A DNA stretch of 61,383 nucleotides, filler included, from Sphacelaria rigidula (taxonomy: Eukaryota): the NCBI GenBank assembly GCA_964200075.2. It is 9 parts of 9 records of this genome, joined end to end, with 100 filler letters (N's around TTAATTAATTAA, not from the genome) between each part and the next. Parts side by side here need not be neighbours in the genome. Positions count along the whole stretch, not along the records: positions 47,822 to 54,552 come from CAXNAA020018370.1; positions 54,653 to 61,383 come from CAXNAA020018371.1; 7 more parts are not named here. One strand, 5' to 3'. Below, piece by piece: positions 52,527-61,383 of this stretch (position 1 is its first letter; each line of letters starts with the position of its first letter). Below the pieces are notes generated by a model that ran no database searches, was not told the origin of the DNA, and saw only the letters and a program-made list of their open reading frames with translations. The position numbers were made by a program, and so were the translations under genes.

Positions 52527-53356
52527 GTGGGTGTCACCTAGTGCCCAGAGTGGTACTTTGAGGCGCGCACTGCAATATTCCGCGCCTTGTTGGGGTTGTC
52601 AAAGGGTGTGTTTAATGAAGGTAATGATACGGACCACACGTTCGGGGGGGGGAGGGGGATACATTTGTGAGTTTTGCAGTCTTGTCATGAACGTGTCGGA
52701 GCAATGTCAGAAACTCTCCCTAATAACTGACGCATTGTACCATATCCATTCTTTTTGTCCGTTTTCTGATTCCGTGCGATGGTTTCGATTCACTGCTATG
52801 TATGTTATATCTTTGTCCATTTTTATTTGGTCTCTGATTTCATGAGCGGGTACAGTTTCTGCTTTTCACGGACCACCTGAAAACACTCATTCTTCTCGCT
52901 GAGATTACACGAACGGGTTCCCGCAACGGCCTATTACTCTTTTCCTCCTCTTTCTTGCTTTCATCATAATCATCAAGGCGGATCGGTGTCGTTTCTTTAG
53001 CGCGGCGTCTTGAGTCCACACAGTACGTCCACCTAGCTTGATCACATGTTTGTCGACTCGCTTCGGCTTCTCCTCGGCATTGTGCGCTCATGACATGTTG
53101 TGGAAAACAATGACGATATAATTTTTTTTACCTTTTACTTGGCCCTTCATCATCGATGTTTTTCTTCGACTGTATTCCTGGTTCAGGCATTCTTCTAATT
53201 ATCGTGATATTGCTGTTTCAGGGGTCCTTGATCACCGGCGATCTTTTGATTTGATTTTGTTTTGTACCTCTCCGTGTACAATAAACGTCAGCTCACCTTG
53301 CAGACAACATCGACTCTATGTTCATACACACCATTTCATTCGTTATTGATTGTGAG

Positions 53357-53996
53357 CAATGCTACGGTAGGGGTTGCACTTCTTGTTTCTGGGACTATCC
53401 TTTTGGTAGGAGCATATATATGTATATATATATCGGGCTTACCGTGCAACCCAAATCTCCGGGGATCTGACTCCCAGAAACATGGTGTTTGCACGCAGCG
53501 GCCTGTTCCTGAATCGGCATCATTTTCAGTCTTTTTCAAGTGTGCGTGTTGTCTTCCCATCTATCTTGGACGCCGGTCTACACCTTTCGGTATGTGTGGG
53601 CGCACCAGCCGGGCTCACACAGGAGGAAGATTAACACAGGAGTTTTCTATTGTTAGATTGTTTTTAGTACCCCACCTTCCTTCTGCGGTGCTTGCCTTGC
53701 CTTTTATCGTGAGAGGGGTTTAGCAGCCTTTTTCCCTCGTCGAGCATTAAAGCCGAATTTTGTGTACCCACGACATAGTCGCTCCCCACTGTTGGGCATG
53801 GTGTGAGAAAAAATCCCAGATCGCTCCGAGGTTTTGAACCCACGATCCAACCGTCAAAAGGTTTCGAGATTACCAACTGAGCCACCGGGGCGATCGGCAG
53901 CAGTACAGCAAGTAAAATGATGCCAATTTACAAAATGACCCCGTCCAACACCCCGAGCAGCCCCGAGAAACCTTCTCGCTAAAAAAGTGCAACCTG
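53357..53996. mobile_element. TIR MITE (TAGGGTTGCAC family) split by a SINE
   Basis: 53357-53540 and 53905-53996 match the two halves of the intact copy at 59242-59484 in reverse. Confidence 0.7.
53541..53893 (-). mobile_element. tRNA-derived SINE (family 1)
   Basis: Minus-strand A box TGGCTCAGTTGG and B-box-like GGTTCAAAACC. Colinear with 4450-4802. Confidence 0.75.
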
Positions 53997-54486
53997 TGAC
54001 GCCAGTCAGTGGAAGCACTGTTGGATGACTGCTGTTGAGGGACTCCCCAGTCTTACTGGCCTCAGTTTCAGTTGTCAGCCTTTACAACATTCTCATTATT
54101 CAGGAGTGCCCTTCCAGGGCATCAGCTTTCTAGACCTGCAGATACCATCTCCGTGTCCCCGGTCATTATCCAGAACCCTCCAGAACCTCCGTGCCCCTAC
54201 TTATTATCCATAACATCACTACCAACTCAACGTACGGCGTATTTTCGTCACACACCCCTACCGTAGAATCACTCATTGGCTGTACACCATTCATTTGTGC
54301 CCGAGCAACATGCAGAGCTTGGAAGATGTTGAACGGGCACTGCGCGCGAATGTCGAAGGACATCAACGTGAGCTCCTTGCCACGGTGAGAGTGGAGGAGC
54401 TATACGAGGTGAGAGAAAGATAGGGAAGCAGCCTGGAGTACAAGCACGACATAAAACACCATGAAAGACGCTTTGTACGATAGCCT

Positions 54487-54517
<31 letters not shown>

Positions 54518-54718
54518 AGGCACCAGCCCAACGCCCCACCCCCAACGCCAACNNNNNNNNNNNNNNNNNNNNNNNNNNNNNNNNNNNNNNNNNNNNTTAA
54601 TTAATTAANNNNNNNNNNNNNNNNNNNNNNNNNNNNNNNNNNNNNNNNNNNNAACCGTTGATATCTTTCCTCTTACGACACGCTCCCGCCGGCGCCCGGC
54701 CGGGGGGGGGGGGGGAGT

Positions 54719-54755
<37 letters not shown>

Positions 54756-55520
54756 ATTCATGAAACACAGATTCGTGTGTACCCCTGTATTGCTTCACAG
54801 ATTTGTTGAAGTTGTTCTGTACGCGGAGGCCATTTTCTGGGCGGGTTTGGTATCACAGTGAAGCCGAAGAACAGGCTGGCGGGGAATCATCCTTCAACAG
54901 TAGCGTCTCACCGTGGTATCCTAGGGCATAATGTAGCGCAATACACTGCACAATCACAGTACACGATAATGTCGTGTGCCACTACATGATGGTAAACTGT
55001 GGTGAGCTGAGTTCTAGGACTGAGAAGTCTGCTCCTGTCAACAGTGGGCATTGCAAGAACAGTACGCAGTGTGCGACAAGAGTTCAGGAGTGCAGTGTCA
55101 TGTCACCCTGCAAGGATAGCGACAGCAGAGTGTAGGATAGTACAGTACCGTTCGTTATGATGACACATACAGCAGTACAGTGCGGCATAAAATACTACCA
55201 TCGCCGCAGGGTACGGCGTCAACACTTACTTCTTATCCGCTTACCAAACCCCGTGCGGAGCTGCTCCAACAGCCGGCGCTCGCAGGCACGGTCTGTGCTG
55301 TCACGAGTCTGTCTACTGCTGTTGCTCAGTGCTGCAAAAATATCGAACGCTTGTTGCAGATTCGTGTACAACCGTTCTCAAATCGTGACAAACGAATCTG
55401 ACCTTCACCGATTTGAGTCAAATTGAATTGGGGTCCATACAATGCGTTGCCGGATCTGAGGTCCCCCCTTCTGCGAACAGATCCGTTTTTGTGGGCCTTC
55501 TGTACAATGTATCATGTTAA

Positions 55521-55618
55521 CACTTAGACCGCGAGATTAGTCTTTCTGGACCATGCATACTTTTTTTCACTTGAAATTGATGCCGATTCAACAGAAGGCT
55601 AACCTCGCGGTCTAAGGG
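55521..55618. mobile_element. piggyBac-like 98-bp MITE
   Basis: TTAA-flanked reverse complement of 14070-14167. Confidence 0.85.
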
Positions 55619-55796
55619 TTAACCGCGCGAAGAACTCGGAAGTGGGGGATGCTGTTCATCGTTCGTTGGTACCACTATGTGGGGTTCACTGTGTATGCTG
55701 CTGCATTATTATAGTAACATATACGAGTGGCCGCACACGGCTACGTCGTCGGTGGAATGAGATGTCATGGTGCAGCATAGTGGTACATTTTAGGAA

Positions 55797-55810
55797 CTGC
55801 TGTTGTTGTT

Positions 55811-55887
<77 letters not shown>
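55797..55887. repeat. (TGT)n microsatellite
   Basis: About 90 bp of TGT/TTG repeats. Confidence 0.97.
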
Positions 55888-56898
55888 CTTCACATCAGTA
55901 AAAAAGGTTCCGATTCCTGCGCGGTACGTTCGTACTGGGTCTGATGCGGACGCCTTCCGTGGTCACAGGCTAGCAAAAAAAGAAGATTAAAACTCACGAA
56001 ACGCGATACAAGCCAAACAGGGATACATAATGAAGAAAGAGAGCACATATATATGGCTAACCTCAGAAGATCCGGTGCCGCAGGTGGCCATTCGGACTTC
56101 AGGGGGTGGCACCCGGCTTTCCAACTCGACGCCCGACGCGAAGTAAAAAAATAAACACAGGGTCCGACTACGGGCGAGACTCAACGCCCCACATACCGCC
56201 AACCAATAAAGAACTAAGAATCGCAAGGTTCCATCTTTCGGCCTCTCGAGGGACAGGGCTCTATATATACAAGCATACCAGGTGTATCAAGACAACTGCG
56301 GTGTTGATTTTGTTTTTTGAATCTTTAAGAATCGGCATCATTTTCGATCGTTTTCAAGTCAAAATGATACCAATTCGCAGAGATTCACAAAACAGAAATA
56401 ATCAGCACCGCAGTTCCCGGGAGGATTAGAGCCAGGGTGCGCCCTCCCAGCTGCGTCTTGCCCTTGCATAGTGATTGCGCTACCTCAGGATCAATACTAC
56501 ACTGCGCGTTACGGCTCCAGCTTCGCTCCACTTGATATTGAAGTATCGTTGTGGTCGCTACACGAGACGGAGGGAGCGGTGGTGTCTCGGCTGGGTATAG
56601 AAACACCACATGGAGGCAGCAGGTAGCTGAACACCAGTTGGTGGAACTCTCATTACGCGAAACGGAAGCAATTGCTCCGCGTTTTGCTATGACCTAACGG
56701 GGTACACATACGGCTAGGCTATCGCTTATGCTAGCCTGACACATCTTTAACCTCACTCCGCGGCGTGGACTCGCTCGCATACATATCTCGTGGTCCATCA
56801 ACTTGCAGTCGCGTGCTCGCACTCATGTTCGCTCGATGGGCAAACCGCGCATTGGCAACCTGGCAGGCAACGCCACTGAAATTGGACGGCATATCAAC

Positions 56899-57007
56899 AG
56901 GGGTGGCCGCTGGGGTGCCCGTAACCTCAAATTTTGACGTTACAGACCTTGTGCAACGTCTGTAACGTCCAAAATTGAGGTTGCAGGCACCCCAGTGGCC
57001 ACCCGTG
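56899..57007. repeat. ~108-bp near-perfect hairpin (small MITE or hairpin RNA)
   Basis: GGGTGGCCGCTGGGGTGCCCGTAACCTCAAATTTTGACGTTACAGAC pairs with GTCTGTAACGTCCAAAATTGAGGTTGCAGGCACCCCAGTGGCCACCC. Confidence 0.8.
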
Positions 57008-59241
57008 AAGTTTTCTGCTTCCTGCTGTCAAGTGTCGAGATCTTCTCGTCTACTATTATACGCACATTCGCTGGCGGCACTTCTCTGCTAACGGACATCC
57101 TGATCGCATTTGTGTTGGATGTTCTACAGTACGAACAAAATGACCGCTCTGTCGTACAGTATACACCTTAATCTTGTAATATACGTGTCATCTCCCTCAG
57201 AAATATATGTGCGGATCAAGGAAGGACACCCGTGTACACTCCCTCATTCTGGCACACAAACACAGTCCTCCTCGTCATCGACACGACACACGCAGCGGAG
57301 GGACGCGGATTTTCGTCAAAGGTGAGTGAACTCTTCCGTAGTATCGTGCGCTTCGGTATCCAACAGTTTGCGCGCGAGTCGGCGAAATCGAATGTTGCCG
57401 CTGTGACGTTCCATGTTCACTGAGAGTTCACCCGCAGTTTTGAGGAATGACAACAAAAGTATCGTAAGCAGAATCTTGCTGGAATTGTCCCCGTTCATGT
57501 ACGCGGCATGTATGTCGTTTGCCCGGCATCACCCCCCCCAACCCCCCACCCCCACCCCCGCCATCGCCATCATATTCACCTCATTTTTGAGCGTCCACGG
57601 TTTCGATTTTCGGCCGAATACTTCCCGCCGTGCTAACCATTTCGCCGGATGGCGATAGGAGCCTACCTGCCATTCATGACTTTCGAATATCCCGTGTGTG
57701 GGTGGCCGGCTACCTGTAAATCGTGTTGGAAGAGGTCTCGTTCTTCACTTGAGAGACCCGGCAACAGTCGTCATGAGCCTGCCTTGATTGTATACATGCC
57801 ACAGAGTACGGTCTATTGTACTATATTATTACGTACAAAGGGAGGGGATTCTTTATGGGGACAGGACAGTTATGTTGCACAGTCAGTTCACACAATGTTC
57901 GCTATCAATCACCACGTATTTGCTTTTTTGAGTAGAGAGCTGGGGCGGAAGATATGGGCCCGGGGATTTTCTTCTATTGTCACGAATACCCCGCGTTTTT
58001 TAATCAAAACCTGATTTTTCTGCGTGATTTCCCACGAAACCCCCGGACATTGTTGGAGTTTTCAAGTTTTAGGGGGGGGTGTCAAGATACCACACAGCAC
58101 GGCCGATCCTCACTTTCACAAAAGTAATACACCAGCACATATGCCAGCCTAAATCATCTACAGCAAACCTGTTTTTCACAGCAAGACTACTTCGTGCAAG
58201 CCATCTTGATGCGTAGTACTGAAGTCGAACAGTGATCTTGCAAAATATCTGCCTGTTTTTGTGAGCTTCACGTACAGTACTGTACCGCACAACAGTACAG
58301 CACCACACGCAGGTGACCTCGGTCAGGGTCGTTATGCGGCAAAAATGACCTGCGGCATGAGTGTGCGGCAATGACCTGCGCATAGGTTTTGGTGTGCTTT
58401 GCCTCGGCAATATTAGCGCCCTCTATGCGCTTTGAGATATATATGTTGTTCTGGCAATACCGTGACCCCCGTTGGTGACAGTTCGATTCAGACTGCTACA
58501 GCCCTGTCTCGCCGAGGCAGGCGAAATGGGTCGTGACCCGCATACCTTGCCAATCGTTCAATCAAGGGGACGGATGCGCAACTATCCAACGGCTCGGTCC
58601 GAACACCTTGGAAAACATGTTCCAGCGCCTCAGCCCCACGTGCAAGGTGTACATGTAGCATATCCGACCACTATTTCATTTTGATTTCCGAGGTGGTATG
58701 AGGCTTAACTACGACGCGGAATAGGAGAGGCTACCATCCCAGGAGGGTAAACCCTACTCTGCTGAAGCGATATGTGCCCCATTTTTGTTGTTTACAGCGT
58801 CATACACCTTAGTTGGATCTTTGTGAGCTCCGGCAAATACACGTCTGCGCCCTGAATGCATCGTCGAACATCCGGGGTCTACGGGCAAACCAGCAGGGAG
58901 CAACAATTTCTGTGACGTTCAGTTTCGGTCTTCGTGGCGGGGTGTAATTTCCCAAAAGGATATCGACGAGTTTGAGCATTCGGCGTATCTTCTGCAGCGG
59001 TACGGTCGCCACTTTACAAGGAAGGGCAAAGAAGGGTACGCACTTGAGCATAAGAGGATGCACACATGGAAAGAAGGAGGGTAATCGAAATATTTGTTTT
59101 CGCAGAGTGGGGTGTACGCTCCCAGTTTGTTTACGTGAAATGATAATCTAACAGTCTTTCCTGTTCCGCGTCGTTGTTGAGCCAAACACGACGTGTGAAT
59201 AAATAAAACATGATCGGGCATGCTGCCCAGACACAGGAGTG

Positions 59242-59484
59242 ATGCTACGGTAGGGTTGCACTTTTTGAGCTAATATGTTTCTCGGGGTGCTGCAAGCATC
59301 CTTCTGAGAATCAGCATCATTTTCACTTGAAAAAGACTGAAAATGATGCCGATTCACGAAAAGGCCCCTGTGTGCATTTCCATGTCCTGTCCCCGGAGAT
59401 TTGGGTTGCATAGTAAGCCCCATATATTTGGGCACCTACAAAAACGAGACCCAGAAACAAAAAGTGCAACCCTTGTCGTAGCAT
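59242..59484. mobile_element. TIR MITE (TAGGGTTGCAC family), intact copy
   Basis: ATGCTACGGTAGGGTTGCACTTTTT ... AAAAAGTGCAACCCTTGTCGTAGCAT. Confidence 0.75.
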
Positions 59485-60118
59485 TGGTCACCTTGAGCGT
59501 GGGGCTGAGGCACTGGGACGTGCTTTCGAGGTGCTCAGCCCGCGTGCAGCGCCCAGCCCCGACCTGAAAAATGCGTTACCCTCAGGTACCAAGAATATGA
59601 GGGTGTACCCTTTTCCGTATGTTACACGAAAAAACTCCATACCAAATTATCTCATTTCAAAGGATAGCTCCCAAAAGCGAGCCACCCGCGCCAAATTTGG
59701 TTCATACAGTGCAATATCTCCGATGTACTGTAGCACGGAATGTTGATCAACCCGTATCTCTCGATAAAATGACACGAGAAAATCAGCGCCACTGTTCGAA
59801 TTATCCCCTTGCGATTCTCCATACCGAATTTCACAGCACAAATCTCCAGACCGAGGTCCTCAACCGCCTGCTACGCTCATTTTATTTCTGAGGCTAACCC
59901 GACTCGAATGTATTCGTTTCCGCTACGTCTTTCGCAAGACGTGCTCTACCCAAATACCAAATACTCTTCAGTACTGCGCAATGTCCCGTCAGTGAATACG
60001 TTGCTGGGATCGCAATCCGTTGGCTTCGTTCGTTGTAGTACGCCTCAGTGTCTTGTTCCTCCCACCTACCCCTTGCCCTCTCCCCCCTCTACTGTAGATT
60101 GATCACGTAATCTACAAG

Positions 60119-60242
60119 ATGAAAAGGTGTCACCGCCAGATCACCCTGAGCACCGTTGCTCTCGCCGCCGTTTTGAGCTGTTCCTCTCTGCCAGGAGCCC
60201 GTGCTGATAACTACCTCAACGGGGAAATCGATGGCTTCTTCG
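60119..60242 (+). CDS. First coding exon of a predicted secreted protein (unknown family)
   Basis: A pyrimidine tract and TAG acceptor (60095-60097) precede MKRCHRQITLSTVALAAVLSCSSLPGARA|DNYLNGEIDGFF, a signal peptide with an A-x-A site. A canonical G|GTGAGT donor follows. It is absent from the ORF track. A possible 5'-UTR exon lies at 57266-57321. Confidence 0.6.
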
Positions 60243-61383
60243 GTGAGTGCGTGTGCGCTGTCCAATGGTACAAGGCGGGGTGAACGTCTCGACAGCTCCA
60301 TTGATTATGGCGGTAACGTTCATGTCCGGGCAGCTCAAATCTCGACGAACGCCCTCGAGCACCGAGGGAAGCGACTCGACCACAGTTTACCCACGGGTTT
60401 CTTTTTGGAACACTTTTTATCAGTGCTCAGGTACTACGACTTATCGATTTCATGGAATACATTTTGACTTCAACAAACTTTTGCCGCGAAAATCTGACTT
60501 TCGCTCGCGGTGGTACTCACGTGACAGTACATGGCCGCCGCTCGAACACTCTAAAACCCCTCAGAGCCCGATGATGGGTATGCGAGTGATTGCACAACAT
60601 TTGTCGACTTGGATTTGGGGGGGGGGAATCATGGTGGCGGAGGGGACGAGACAACAGCTGTCCCCAGGAGGGGTTTCTTCGCTGTGAATTTGGTGGTGGT
60701 ATCCACTGTTTCGACATACAGGGTGCGAATTGCGATACTTTTTGTTGACGCGAAAGGATATTTGGAATACATGAAATACGAACGAATGAAAGAACGAAAC
60801 GAATTGAATCGTAGTTACCCCACCCTACTGGTTTGATACCCCTCTTCCCCCCCCCCCCATCCCCTTTCTCACTGACGAAGTCAACGCATCTCCCCGAACA
60901 ATTCCAACGGGAAGAGAGTGTTGTTTAGCGTACTGTGATGCATATTTTGTGTTATAGGGACTCAGGACACTCCGGGGAAGATCTTGTTTCGTCCCATCCT
61001 CAAGTACGCGCTGGCGTTGACGTCTACCGCCACAACCTGTTGAATAGAAATGGCGATGCCCCTAAACATGCGAATGGTCACTGGAACCCATCAACCCTAC
61101 TTGCTGATGTGGAAGCACTCTTTTCCCCCTCCCCGACGATGCGATGAGCATATCTCCCAGGGCGTGCTATTCGATGTATTCGTTTACCGGCGGACTGCAC
61201 GATGCTGCTAAATACATGGTGATGGTGTCCTCAACACACATACACACTTTGTACCAGGGTAGCTAGGGGCACCGCCTTTTTTGCGGTAGGCCAAGATGGT
61301 GGATGCCACCCCGGAGGACAGGTAATAACAGCCGATTTTATATTTTGGGGTTCAAACAAAATATGGGGCTGAAGTGGCATATC

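Noticed and set aside
55642..55944. Poly-cysteine ORF
   Set aside because: It is the translation of a (TGT)n microsatellite.

Overview
Eukaryotic, intron-rich, repeat-dense DNA. A brown alga or related stramenopile is inferred from the kb-long introns, GC-rich exons and TTAGGG-type repeats; this is not proven. The window is not one locus. Eight identical 100-nt N...TTAATTAATTAA...N linkers join nine unrelated contigs of 6731-6732 bp. Host gene fragments were reconstructed from splice sites: a CAMK-type Ser/Thr kinase (4 exons), a CMSS1/Cms1 homologue (4 exons), a flotillin (2 exons), the first coding exon of a secreted protein, and a long intronless mucin-like membrane protein with 38-aa tandem repeats. 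The rest is mostly transposon debris: copia RNase H, a degenerate gypsy gag-pol, a LINE ORF1-like fragment, tRNA-derived SINEs, and mariner-, piggyBac- and hAT-like MITEs, several of them nested. Three repeat families stand out. (i) A ~210-bp TGT...ACA MITE with 5-bp TSDs carries an internal (CCCTAA)n array (6 copies). (ii) A second family ends in (TTAGGG)n. (iii) An abundant 3'-anchored family ends in poly-C rather than poly-A.
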